Shown here piece by piece: positions 28,523 through 37,597 of a DNA stretch of 64,000 nucleotides. The DNA comes from an uncultured Clostridia bacterium. Its GTDB lineage: Bacteria; Bacillota; Clostridia; Christensenellales; Borkfalkiaceae. The stretch's first letter is position 1; each line of letters starts with the position of its first letter. The stretch covers positions 19,136 to 83,135 of the forward strand of contig CAKVPH010000008.1 of the NCBI GenBank assembly GCA_934796775.1, written 5' to 3'. Below the pieces are notes generated by a model. It made no database searches. It was not told the DNA's origin and saw nothing but the letters and a program-made list of their open reading frames with translations. The position numbers were made by a program, and so were the translations under genes.

Positions 28523-31035
28523 TGAAAAACGAAAATCTTTGTTTTAATAATTCACGCATCGAGTGTGTTAAAATAATTTTTAAAGATTACAAAAAGTGCG
28601 TCTATAAGGCGATTAACGGTACTTTAAACGATATAAAAGAAATAAAAAACGGATACGAAATCACTATAAAAGACGAAGGCATGCGCGGAAGAAACCAGTG
28701 CCTTATCAAAGTAAGTTATTCGTCTGGCGGTTTTACATTTTTTCCGTTCTGCGTATCTGAAAAATCGCCCGTTTATTACAGAGAAGAAAACGTCGTAATA
28801 ACTAAGGCTTGCGATCAAAGAAGTTACGAGCAAATAGCAAGCGAAATAGAAAATAGCATTTTAAACGGCAAAACGCAAACCGAAACTAATCGGCTTGAAA
28901 AACAAAAACAAACGCAGCCAAGCGACGTAAAAAAACTTGACTGGCACAGATGTCCCACGTTTATGGCGATAGACGGAAACGTGAATATCTGGGAAGCGGG
29001 TTTTCGCGGTTTTCCTATCGAAGAAAAACAACATTTTGACTTATACGATTATTTTATCCCGCGCCAAAACTGGGACAGGCGCGATTTCGGAGACGATGCG
29101 AAGCGCATAGTTTACCGTTACTTTTTTGGACGCGGAATGGGTGCAAACAGCTCGGTTAAGCGCGAGAATTACAAAGGGTTTTATCCCTCTTTGATTGCAA
29201 AACTGAGCGACGGCGGAATAGATTATAAAATGCAGGCGTTTTGTGACGAAACAGGCATAGTCGGTTCTGATATCGGCACCGATTATTTAAACGCAATGTA
29301 TCATTCTGCGGCGGTTGCTTTAAGCGAGGAAGAGATTGCTTTAGCTAAGCAGTCTGAAAGCAATATAACCGTTCTGCGCGCAAAAATTACGGCTGAAAAC
29401 AACCAAAATTCAGGCGCGATTGCGTATTTCAGGCTGCCAACCATAAACACGAACGTAATGGCGGAAACAAAAAGTGCCGAACAAAAGATAGAAAACGGCT
29501 TAGGATATTATAAAAACGACGTATATATGTTGGTTAGCGTAGACGGAGTAAGGCAGGACGGCGAAGAATTTTCGTTCGTACTTAATCCCGGCGAAAGCGT
29601 AACCATAAAACTTTTGCTGTTCCATAAGCCGGTAAAAACCGGATTTGCAAAAACGCAGAACGAAAACGATTTTGAACTGCGCTTAAAACAAAGAGAAAAA
29701 CTATGGAACAAAACGATGGGCGATTTAAAAAAGTGGTCTTTTCCTGAAAAAACAATCGAAAAAGCGTTTAAAACAGGTTGTTTTCATCTTTTTGAATCTT
29801 GCTACGGCAAAAAAGAAAGCGAGCATTTTGCGCCTTGCGTAGGCGTTTATGCTCCGATAGGATCCGAAAGTTCGCCCGTTATGCAATTTTTTGATAGCGT
29901 CGGATTATCCGACCTTGCGGGAAAGTGTTTGAATATGTTTTTTGACCGCGAGCAAAAAAACGGCTTAATTCAGAATATGAAGGGCTATATGCTAGAAAAC
30001 GGCGCAACTCTGTATAACGAATGGCTGCATTTTTGCTACACTAAAGATTATGAACAGTTAAAAAGAAATATCGAAAAAATACAAAAAGCCGCCGAATATA
30101 TTATTAAATGGATAGAAAGAAACAAAGACGAAAAACCTTACGGCTTTGGCATGATAGACGGGCAGGTTGCCGATCCCGAAGATACTTTCCGTTCTTTTTC
30201 GCTTAATTCGTTTGCTTATGCGGGTTTAAACGGCGCGGCAAAGCTTTATAAGGCTGCAGGGCTTGACGATTTGCGCGTAAAAACATATGCCGCAGAGCTT
30301 AAAAATAATGTGATAAAAGCATTCAGAGAGAATTTAAAAAGAGCTCCGCTCGTTCCGCTTAAAGACGGTAGCTGGGTTCCGCTCGTCGCACCTTGGGCAG
30401 AAAATCGCGGCGCGTGTTCGCTGCATTTAAACGGCGAAATTTGTTTTTCTCATGCGTCGCACGTTTTAAAAGACAGCTTGTTATCCACTGCGTTTCTCGT
30501 CTATTACGGCATTTTCGATAAAAACTCGCCCGAGGCAAATATTATAGTCAATATTATGGCGGATTTGTATTCATATAATAACACCGGTTTTTCGCAACCG
30601 TATTATAGTTTGCTTCCGCTTATAAATCTTGCCCGCGGCGAAAAAAATGCATTTTTAGCCGAATATTACACTGCGTTTATGACTATTGCCGACAGAGAAA
30701 CATATTCTTTTTGGGAACATTATTTTCTTGCAACGCCGCACAAAACGCACGAACAGGCGTGGTTTTTAATGCGCACAAGATTTATGCTTTACCGTGAAGA
30801 GAACGAAAAACTTCTGCTTTTAACGGGTATTCCCGATAGTTGGCGTAAAATCGGCAAAAAAATAGTTATAAAAAACGCCCGTTCGCTATACGGTAAATTC
30901 AGTTTAAAAGTAAGCTTTTCAGCGGATAAAACAGAGTATGAATTTGAAAGCGAAAATGAAAAAATATCCGCCTATATGTCAATTAACGGGCATTTGGTCG
31001 AAATTAAGCGCGGTGCGGGGTATATAGATAATTAA
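28522..31035 (+). CDS. large cytoplasmic protein of unknown function (possibly a helical-barrel glycosidase or lyase)
   Basis: About 837 aa, no signal peptide, TAATG overlap with the AraC stop; family not recognised. Confidence 0.4.
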   Translation: MKNENLCFNNSRIECVKIIFKDYKKCVYKAINGTLNDIKEIKNGYEITIKDEGMRGRNQCLIKVSYSSGGFTFFPFCVSEKSPVYYREENVVITKACDQRSYEQIASEIENSILNGKTQTETNRLEKQKQTQPSDVKKLDWHRCPTFMAIDGNVNIWEAGFRGFPIEEKQHFDLYDYFIPRQNWDRRDFGDDAKRIVYRYFFGRGMGANSSVKRENYKGFYPSLIAKLSDGGIDYKMQAFCDETGIVGSDIGTDYLNAMYHSAAVALSEEEIALAKQSESNITVLRAKITAENNQNSGAIAYFRLPTINTNVMAETKSAEQKIENGLGYYKNDVYMLVSVDGVRQDGEEFSFVLNPGESVTIKLLLFHKPVKTGFAKTQNENDFELRLKQREKLWNKTMGDLKKWSFPEKTIEKAFKTGCFHLFESCYGKKESEHFAPCVGVYAPIGSESSPVMQFFDSVGLSDLAGKCLNMFFDREQKNGLIQNMKGYMLENGATLYNEWLHFCYTKDYEQLKRNIEKIQKAAEYIIKWIERNKDEKPYGFGMIDGQVADPEDTFRSFSLNSFAYAGLNGAAKLYKAAGLDDLRVKTYAAELKNNVIKAFRENLKRAPLVPLKDGSWVPLVAPWAENRGACSLHLNGEICFSHASHVLKDSLLSTAFLVYYGIFDKNSPEANIIVNIMADLYSYNNTGFSQPYYSLLPLINLARGEKNAFLAEYYTAFMTIADRETYSFWEHYFLATPHKTHEQAWFLMRTRFMLYREENEKLLLLTGIPDSWRKIGKKIVIKNARSLYGKFSLKVSFSADKTEYEFESENEKISAYMSINGHLVEIKRGAGYIDN

Positions 31036-31184
31036 AAACGCAGACTAAAAAAAAATAAAAATGTTTGAAACAAAACTCCGCATTTTTTTAAAAATCGGTA
31101 AAAATCGGTTGTTTTTTTAAACTAAAAGATATATAATAACAAATGCTGTTTCATTATAGTGAAGCTATGGTGGGGCGGCGAAAA

Positions 31185-31261
31185 CGAGGCGTAGCGCAGT
31201 TTGGTAGCGCGCTTGGTTCGGGACCAAGAGGTCGTGGGTTCAAGTCCCGTCGCCTCGACCA
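31185..31261 (+). tRNA. tRNA-Pro (anticodon CGG)
   Basis: Cloverleaf: acceptor CGAGGCG/CGCCTCG, D arm GCGC/GCGC, anticodon arm CTTGG-TTCGGGA-CCAAG, T loop TTCAAGT, encoded CCA. Confidence 0.9.
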
Positions 31262-31267
31262 AAAAAA

Positions 31268-31300
31268 TACACCGCACATTTTCGTGCGGTGTATTTTTTG
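31268..31300 (+). terminator. tRNA-Pro terminator (left copy of a repeated 43-nt terminator module)
   Basis: TACACCGCAC/GTGCGGTGTA stem with T6; 38/43 identical to 38373-38415. Confidence 0.85.
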
Positions 31301-31316
31301 TGTTTACAGCATATGC

Positions 31317-31329
31317 CGACGGGACTTGA
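31317..31329 (-). repeat. inverted copy of the tRNA-Pro T-arm segment
   Basis: CGACGGGACTTGA is the reverse complement of 31240-31252. Confidence 0.8.
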
Positions 31330-31360
31330 TGGGGGAGCGCGTCAAAGCAAGCCTTTTTTT

Positions 31361-31387
31361 AAACAAATCAATTTAATTGATTTGTTT
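31361..31387. repeat. perfect 13-bp inverted repeat with 1-nt spacer
   Basis: AAACAAATCAATT-T-AATTGATTTGTTT. Confidence 0.9.
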
Positions 31388-31533
31388 GTCTATTAGGCTG
31401 CTTTTCCTTTTTCCAAAAAGTTTTTCAATACTTTTTGGAATGCCTTTTTGCGTGAGCCGACTTGTTTGCTTACGAAATATATAAAAGCTGAAAGTCTGAA
31501 AAGCAAACCAAACAGCCCTGTGTGGCTGTTTGC

Positions 31534-31574
31534 TGGGGCGGCGTGCAAAACGCCAAGTCCCGTCGCCTCGACCA
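31534..31574 (+). repeat. tRNA-Pro remnant: 5-prime flank (TGGGGCGGCG) joined to the last 21 nt of the tRNA
   Basis: 31554-31574 (CAAGTCCCGTCGCCTCGACCA) is identical to 31241-31261; the tRNA body is missing. Confidence 0.85.
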
Positions 31575-31714
31575 TAAGAAAAGCATAGGTTTGATACAAT
31601 TTGTGTCAGACCTTTTTTCTTTGCAGATAGGAAACTTTATCCTTTCCGTCGGCATACTTTGGAGTCTTGCAGAAGAGCCAAACGGCATTTTTACAAGGCT
31701 CTTTTTCTATTTTT

Positions 31715-31771
31715 ATGTTGCTACGGAACGAAAGCCTTATCAACGGGACGATAGATGTTGCTACGGAACGA
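31715..31771 (+). repeat. 17-nt exact direct repeat, two copies 40 bp apart
   Basis: ATGTTGCTACGGAACGA at 31715-31731 and 31755-31771. Confidence 0.9.
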
Positions 31772-31801
31772 TTGATTTCATGATATTGTTTCGATGATGT
31801 G

Positions 31802-32815
31802 TTAATATGAAGCGTGTCTGTTTCCTGTTTCGAGAGAGCGGATTTGATTCATTTCTTCATCCGACAATTCAAAATCGAATATATCGTAATTTTCGGCTAT
31901 ATGCGCTTCGTTGCTCGAACCGGGAATTGCGATATTTCCTTCTTGCAAGTGCCAACGAAGCAGTACTTGCGCCGAAGTTTTGCCATGCGCTTGCGCTACC
32001 GACGAAATAATGGGATCGTTAAACATTTCCTGCGTATGACTTCTTCCGCCGAGCGGAAACCAACTTTCCAGAACGGTCCCGTACTGCGCTATATGCTTTT
32101 TCATTGTCTGCCCCTGATAGTGGGGATGCGTTTCGTTTTGCAAAAGCGCAGGCTTGATGCTCGTTGCGTTTACAAGTCGGTCAAAGTCGCTCGGTTCATA
32201 ATAATTAGACAATCCGATACTGCGCAGTTTGCCGCTTTGCACGGCGCGTTCCATTGCCTTGTAAGCATTTACGTCGTTGCTCGGCTGAGAGTGATGCAAA
32301 ATCATCAGGTCGATATAATCAAGACCGAGCCTTTGTAAAGATGCGTTGATAGCGGCATCGCCGTTGTTGAAATCCGCCGTCCACATTTTGGTGGTGACAA
32401 AAACTTCTTCTCGCGTTACCAAACCTTCGCTTATCGCGCGTCTGATACCTCTGCCGACGCCTTCTTCGTTTCCGTAAATACGGGCAGTATCGATCAGACG
32501 GTAACCGTCGCGGAGTGCCCAATATACCGAATTTTCTGCCTGACTGTTGGAAAGCGTATACGTTCCGATGCCGAGAATGGGCATTTTAATGCCGTTGTTA
32601 AGCGTAACCGTTTTTGTCTCGAAATCAAAAATCAAATCTTTATTTACGATTTCAACGGAACTATTGCCTTGATTGCCGGAATCCGGCGAATCGTTGCCCG
32701 AATTATTATTGCCTGAATTATTATTGCCTGAATTATTATTGCCGGAGCAACCGACAAACGATAGACAAAGTGCAATACTTAATAAAAGTGCAGAAACGAT
32801 TTTTATAATTTTCAT
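31802..32815 (-). CDS. aldo/keto reductase with lipoprotein signal peptide
   Basis: Start at ATG 32815 after GGAGG; signal ends in lipobox LSFVGC; SGNNN x3 linker; AKR motifs LIDTARIYGNEEGVG, TTKMW, ILHHS. Confidence 0.75.
   Translation of the reverse strand: MKIIKIVSALLLSIALCLSFVGCSGNNNSGNNNSGNNNSGNDSPDSGNQGNSSVEIVNKDLIFDFETKTVTLNNGIKMPILGIGTYTLSNSQAENSVYWALRDGYRLIDTARIYGNEEGVGRGIRRAISEGLVTREEVFVTTKMWTADFNNGDAAINASLQRLGLDYIDLMILHHSQPSNDVNAYKAMERAVQSGKLRSIGLSNYYEPSDFDRLVNATSIKPALLQNETHPHYQGQTMKKHIAQYGTVLESWFPLGGRSHTQEMFNDPIISSVAQAHGKTSAQVLLRWHLQEGNIAIPGSSNEAHIAENYDIFDFELSDEEMNQIRSLETGNRHASY
32700..32744 (-). repeat. 15-bp tandem repeat x3 encoding the (SGNNN)3 linker
   Basis: GAATTATTATTGCCT x2 plus GAATTATTATTGCCG. 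Confidence 0.9.
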
Positions 32816-32831
32816 AGAAATTTCCTCCGTG

Positions 32832-33890
32832 TTAATTTGTCGGCGCGTTGGTCCATATCCACTTTCCGTCGCGTTTTTCATAGTAAGACGTGCCGCTTAA
32901 AGTCCACGTTCCGTGACTGCCGTATATACGCGCCTCGATTATGTTTGTGTGTTCGATTTCCGCGCGATTGCCGCTAATTGCAACGTTTAATTTTGTATTG
33001 TTTATGTTTATGTAATACATATTGCCGGCGGCAATATCGTCAAGCCACTCTTGTTTTGTCTGAGTCGCGCCCGTAATGTGACGAAGAATAAGTTTATCGT
33101 CCATAAGTTCGGCAAGGGTTGCGGTATCTTGCTCAACCATTGCTTTCAGCCTACGGGTATAGACTTCTTTTAATGCCTGTTCGTCGGATTTCTCGTCGCC
33201 ACCCGAAAAGTCGATATTCAAATCTTTAATAAATTTTGTCACGGTATTTTTGGTTTCCTCCCGATTATTTTGCGCCGTCGTTCCCTGAACCGCCAAGCCG
33301 TTTAATACGGTTGCGCTTTGCAACTGACTGCGAATTGCCGATACGCTCGAACCCAATCCGCTTCCCGCGTGCGTGCAGAACGGAATTACCGTTTTACCCG
33401 AAAAATCATAACTTTCCGTAAACGTCCGTATTATCATAGGGCAAGTGCCGTTCCATATAGGGTAACCGATGAAAATCACGTCGTATTTATCAAAGTCCGC
33501 AATCGTATTTTTTATTGCGGGACGAGCATTTTCGCTTGTTTCCCGACGGGAAACTTCTAGCATTTCGCTGTATACGTCGGGATAGGGAACGACAGGCTGA
33601 ATAGCGAATAAGTCGGCGTTTATTTCTTCGGCAATCATCTCGGCAACGATTTCCGTATTGCCTTTTTCGATGTAACCGACCTGCCAATTTTCTCCGCGGC
33701 GAGAAAAATACGCCACTATTGCATTACCGTTTGACTCGATAATACCGCTTGAACCGTCCGATATTTCATCCGAAACGTCGTTGTTTTTCCCTGTGCCTAG
33801 GACATTGTTACTTCCACAGCCGACAAAAATCGTGACCGACAAACAAAGTATTATTAACACCAAAAACGTTAAATTATATCGTTTTTTCAT
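32832..33890 (-). CDS. lipoprotein: flavodoxin-like domain fused to an NTF2/SnoaL-like domain
   Basis: Lipobox TIFVGC; AYFSRRGENW ... IGYPIWNGTCP ... PFCTHAGSGLGSS (Flavodoxin_4-like); C-terminal about 120 aa resemble DUF4440/SnoaL. Confidence 0.65.
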   Translation of the reverse strand: MKKRYNLTFLVLIILCLSVTIFVGCGSNNVLGTGKNNDVSDEISDGSSGIIESNGNAIVAYFSRRGENWQVGYIEKGNTEIVAEMIAEEINADLFAIQPVVPYPDVYSEMLEVSRRETSENARPAIKNTIADFDKYDVIFIGYPIWNGTCPMIIRTFTESYDFSGKTVIPFCTHAGSGLGSSVSAIRSQLQSATVLNGLAVQGTTAQNNREETKNTVTKFIKDLNIDFSGGDEKSDEQALKEVYTRRLKAMVEQDTATLAELMDDKLILRHITGATQTKQEWLDDIAAGNMYYININNTKLNVAISGNRAEIEHTNIIEARIYGSHGTWTLSGTSYYEKRDGKWIWTNAPTN

Positions 33891-33904
33891 ATTAAACCCT
33901 CGGT

Positions 33905-35011
33905 TTATTCAAAAGTTTGCGCAACTTTTTGCAAAAAGTTGCGGATCGTAAGATGTTGCGGACAGACTCTTTCACACTTGCCGCATTTAATGCAATCGCT
34001 TGCTTTGCCGTGACCTTTCGAAACGTAATTGTTGTAATAGACGTGGCCGTTGCTTCGTCCGTCGAGTCGTTTGTCTTCATTGAGAAGCGCAAAATATTCG
34101 GGTATCGCTATTTTTTTCGGGCAACCGTCCACACAATAACGGCAAGCCGTACAAGGCACGGCGGTCGCATTATTAATGGTTTCCGCAGCGGTTTTCACAA
34201 GTTCGTTTTCTTTGTCCGACAGTGGAATAAAGTTTTCCATATAGGAAATATTGTCCGCAACCTGTTCTTCCGTTGACATTCCGGAAAGAACCGTCATTAC
34301 GTTTTCAAGGCTTGCCGCATATCGTATTCCCCAAGACGCAATCGACGCCCGCGTATTGAACTCCGTATACGCAGATTTTACTTTTTCGGGGACGTTTACG
34401 AGCGCGCCGCCTTTGAGCGGCTCCATTACGATAACGGGCACGTTATGTTTCGTTGCGACTTCGTAACACGCTCTCGCTTCAATGGTGGGGCTGTCCCAAT
34501 CGAGATAGTTTATTTGCAGTTGAACGTATTCGGCTTCGGGGTGTTCGCAAAGAATTTGATCCAAAAGTTTTGAATTGTCGTGATAGGAGAACCCGATGTG
34601 CTTTATAAAACCTTGCTCTTTCTTTTTTGCAATAAACCCGAAAGCGTCCAGTTTTTGCACCTTTGCATACTGCGCGGCATTCAGAGCGTGAAGCCAATAA
34701 TAATCGATATAATCAACGCCGAGTCGGTTTAATTGCTCGTTGAAAATACGTTCCATATCGTCGGACGTATTTACGATAAACATAGGCATTTTCGTCGTAA
34801 TCGTAAACTTATCCCGGGAATATCTTTCCACAACCGCATGCTTTACGGCTTCTTCGCTTTTTCCGCCGTGATAGACGTAGGCAGTATCGAAATATGTAAA
34901 ACCTTTGGCAAGAAATTCATCCGCCATTTTTTCAAATCGAGAGATATCGATATTCGCATAATCGCCGTTTATTACGGGCAATCTCATACATCCGAAACCT
35001 AATTTTTTCAT
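33905..35011 (-). CDS. aldo/keto reductase with C-terminal 2x[4Fe-4S] ferredoxin-type domain
   Basis: AKR N-terminus (FGCMRLP, FDTAYVYHGGKSE); CTACRYCVDGCP and CIKCGKCERVCP cluster motifs. Confidence 0.8.
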   Translation of the reverse strand: MKKLGFGCMRLPVINGDYANIDISRFEKMADEFLAKGFTYFDTAYVYHGGKSEEAVKHAVVERYSRDKFTITTKMPMFIVNTSDDMERIFNEQLNRLGVDYIDYYWLHALNAAQYAKVQKLDAFGFIAKKKEQGFIKHIGFSYHDNSKLLDQILCEHPEAEYVQLQINYLDWDSPTIEARACYEVATKHNVPVIVMEPLKGGALVNVPEKVKSAYTEFNTRASIASWGIRYAASLENVMTVLSGMSTEEQVADNISYMENFIPLSDKENELVKTAAETINNATAVPCTACRYCVDGCPKKIAIPEYFALLNEDKRLDGRSNGHVYYNNYVSKGHGKASDCIKCGKCERVCPQHLTIRNFLQKVAQTFE

Positions 35012-35012
35012 A

Positions 35013-35438
35013 TTACACCTCGCTTTTTATCATTAAAATTTGTTTTTGTTTCAACGCGACGAACGCGTCGTCCGGATTGTCTATATCCACTACGGTTTGT
35101 TCCATAGGACACATCCCGGTGCCTGAACGGTTGATAATCTTATCGGCTATTGTCCCGTAAGCGAAAGGAATGCGGTATTTTCGGAAAATGTCTATCGCGC
35201 TTTCGCTTATGACTTCCGCATAGACTTCTTTTACTTTTCCTTTTACCATCAACAATGCCGCCGCTTTTCCGACCACTTTATCCGCAACGCTTGCGCCGCA
35301 AAGCAAATCGTGGTTATCCGACAAAATCGAAAGAAGAGTTTTTATTCCACGCTCGTTATACGTTTGTGCGGTATCGCCGCAAACAATCGCCAAAGTGTGA
35401 TTTTCGAGCCTTTTCCGAGCCTTATCGAGCGTCGTCAT
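35013..35438 (-). CDS. DUF1893 (TM1506-like) protein
   Basis: ADKVVGKAAALLMV ... NRSGTGMCPMEQ pattern. Confidence 0.65.
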   Translation of the reverse strand: MTTLDKARKRLENHTLAIVCGDTAQTYNERGIKTLLSILSDNHDLLCGASVADKVVGKAAALLMVKGKVKEVYAEVISESAIDIFRKYRIPFAYGTIADKIINRSGTGMCPMEQTVVDIDNPDDAFVALKQKQILMIKSEV

Positions 35439-35988
35439 TTTTAATTACCTTTGCAAGAATAATCACGATAACGGGAACGATAATCGCCTGCACGTAAAGT
35501 CCGATAAGTCCGGCTTGAATAACGTTCCGGATTGCCGTTATATTTTGTCCCGCTATAAGACCGGAAATAACGTTTACCGTTCTGCCGCACAGTTGAGCGA
35601 CGATTACCGCAGGAAAAGCGTAAAGCGAATTTTGCGTGATTTTTTTAGCAAACAAACCGCTTACCAATCCGAACACGGCAAGTTCAAGAGCCATAAAAGG
35701 CAATCTTCCGAGCGCGGGCATAGCGTTTCCGAGCGCAAGCGTGGTAAAGCCGTAACTAAGTACGGGCGATAAAATACCTACGCCCAAGCCCCACATATAA
35801 CCGAGCAGACATCCCGAAAGCAAGACCGGCAAAAACATAGGAAGCCACGTAATTCCCGCCGACGCACCGACGGCAATATGTGCAAGTTGCGGCAGAGCAA
35901 CGGCAAGAATTATGCACAAAAGCGATACCGCGCTTTTAATAGTGATATGGATTTTTACCGTAAATCTTTCCAATACTGCATCTAACAT
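35422..35988 (-). CDS. ECF-transporter S-component-like membrane protein
   Basis: Five to six TM helices, about 188 aa; start moved to ATG 35988, 7 nt after AGGAG; substrate unknown. Confidence 0.55.
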   Translation of the reverse strand: MLDAVLERFTVKIHITIKSAVSLLCIILAVALPQLAHIAVGASAGITWLPMFLPVLLSGCLLGYMWGLGVGILSPVLSYGFTTLALGNAMPALGRLPFMALELAVFGLVSGLFAKKITQNSLYAFPAVIVAQLCGRTVNVISGLIAGQNITAIRNVIQAGLIGLYVQAIIVPVIVIILAKVIKNDDAR

Positions 35989-36037
35989 AAAAAACTCCTT
36001 TTTCATTTTTATTTTAATTTTTTTATTCCGCGTAATT

Positions 36038-36889
36038 TTAATCCGCAGGGGTGAAAGCAGACAAATGCGCTTCCTGTTCTTTCAGGTTAAGAGTGAAATA
36101 TCTCTTGCCGCAATCGAGTTTTTCTATTTTTGCCATTTCTTCGTCCGTAAGTTCAAAATCGAAAATGTCGATATTGTCTTTCATATGCTGCGAGTTGGTA
36201 GACTTCGGAAATACGATATTGCCTTCCTGAACGTGCCAACGCAAAATAATCTGTACGGGCGTTTTGCGATACTTTTTGCCGAGTTCGACAAATATCGGCT
36301 CGTTCAGTAGTGTCGGATCGCCGTGTCCGAGCGGATACCAGCTTTCAATAACCGTTCCGTAAGGCGCAAGTTTCATTTTTAGATCGTGCTGAGCGAAATA
36401 AGGGTGGCATTCCACCTGAATAACGGACGGCTTGGTTTCTGCGTGAAGCAGAAAATCGTCGAGATTTTCATTGAAATTGCTTATTCCTATCGATTTTACC
36501 AAACCGAGGGCGACAGCGCGTTCCATATCTTTCCATGCACCGACGTAATCGCCGAACTGCTGATGCAACAAAAGCAAGTCAATGTACGGAGTATCGAGTC
36601 TGTCAAGCATTTTCGATATCGCTTTCATCGTTTTGCCTTCGCCGTACTCGCTCGGCCACAGTTTGGACGTTATCCAGAGTTCTTCTCGCGCAATACCGCT
36701 CTTTTTTACTGCCGAACCCACGCCGCGCTCGTTCTGATACGCATGCGCGGTATCGATATGGCGGTATCCGATTTCCAAGGCTTTAAGACAGGCTTTTTCC
36801 GTTTCTTCGTCGCTGCGTATCATATATACGCCGAGACCGAATTGCGGAATTTTGTTTCCGTCGTTAAGTGTAATGTGGTTTTGTTTCAT
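36038..36889 (-). CDS. aldo/keto reductase (2,5-diketo-D-gluconate reductase-like)
   Basis: GYRHIDTAHAYQNE, ITSKLW, LLLHQ and IESWYPLG motifs; AAGGAG RBS. Confidence 0.85.
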   Translation of the reverse strand: MKQNHITLNDGNKIPQFGLGVYMIRSDEETEKACLKALEIGYRHIDTAHAYQNERGVGSAVKKSGIAREELWITSKLWPSEYGEGKTMKAISKMLDRLDTPYIDLLLLHQQFGDYVGAWKDMERAVALGLVKSIGISNFNENLDDFLLHAETKPSVIQVECHPYFAQHDLKMKLAPYGTVIESWYPLGHGDPTLLNEPIFVELGKKYRKTPVQIILRWHVQEGNIVFPKSTNSQHMKDNIDIFDFELTDEEMAKIEKLDCGKRYFTLNLKEQEAHLSAFTPAD

Positions 36890-36908
36890 AATTTTGCGCT
36901 CCTTTTAT

Positions 36909-37427
36909 TTATTTTTTTATTTCGTTTTTCGCCCAGATTTTAATCTGTTCGACGCTATCCTGTGTTTTATGTCCGATAACGCTTAATCCGTCCGAAACGT
37001 CCGCGCCTTTACAAATGCTTTTTATATCTCTCACGCTCGAACCGAGACCGCTACCTTCGTTGGTGCAGAACGGAAAAATTTTTTTGTCCGACCAATCGTA
37101 TTTTTCAAGAAATGTGAACACAGCCATGGGCATCGTCCCCCACCAGTTCGGAAAGCCGACGAACACGTTATCGTATTCGCTGAAATTTTCCGGATAAGAT
37201 TGCAATTCGGGACGCGCGTTTTCGCGGAGTTCCGACCGCGCCACGTCAATGCAGGCGTAATAATCTTCGGGATAGTCTTTGACCGTTTTGATTTCAAACA
37301 AGTCGCCGCCGACCTCTTCTTTGATGAATTCCGCAGCAATCCCCGTGTTGCCTTTCGTCAGATTTTTAATCGCGCCGTTATAATAGTTTTGTCCTTTTCG
37401 GGAATAGTAAATAATCAGATTTTTCAT
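36909..37427 (-). CDS. cytoplasmic flavodoxin-like protein (Flavodoxin_4-like)
   Basis: IIYYSRKGQNYY ... GFPNWWGTMP ... PFCTNEGSGLGSS; no signal peptide. Confidence 0.7.
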   Translation of the reverse strand: MKNLIIYYSRKGQNYYNGAIKNLTKGNTGIAAEFIKEEVGGDLFEIKTVKDYPEDYYACIDVARSELRENARPELQSYPENFSEYDNVFVGFPNWWGTMPMAVFTFLEKYDWSDKKIFPFCTNEGSGLGSSVRDIKSICKGADVSDGLSVIGHKTQDSVEQIKIWAKNEIKK

Positions 37428-37465
37428 AAAAACTCCTTGCTTTTTTATTGAAAACGAATTATAAT

Positions 37466-37479
37466 GTAACTGTGGTTAC
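37466..37479. promoter_or_regulatory. candidate TetR operator (palindrome)
   Basis: GTAAC-TGTG-GTTAC in the divergent intergenic region. Confidence 0.45.
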
Positions 37480-37544
37480 TTATCTGCTTTCGAGTGTAGT
37501 ATACCACGGCGAAACAGTTTTGTAACGGACAGTTAAGCAGACTA

Positions 37545-37560
37545 CGTTACTTATGTAACG
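37545..37560. promoter_or_regulatory. candidate TetR operator (palindrome)
   Basis: CGTTAC-TTAT-GTAACG perfect inverted repeat; related GTAAC/GTTAC half-sites recur four times in 37460-37590. Confidence 0.5.
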
Positions 37561-37597
37561 AAAATTGCGGAATAGTTACTTAAAAGGAATAAATGAT

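Noticed and set aside
31143-31376. 77-aa ORF in the track
   Set aside because: It is superimposed on tRNA-Pro and its terminator. The other ORFs in 31393-31800 likewise have no RBS and lie in repeat-rich non-coding DNA.
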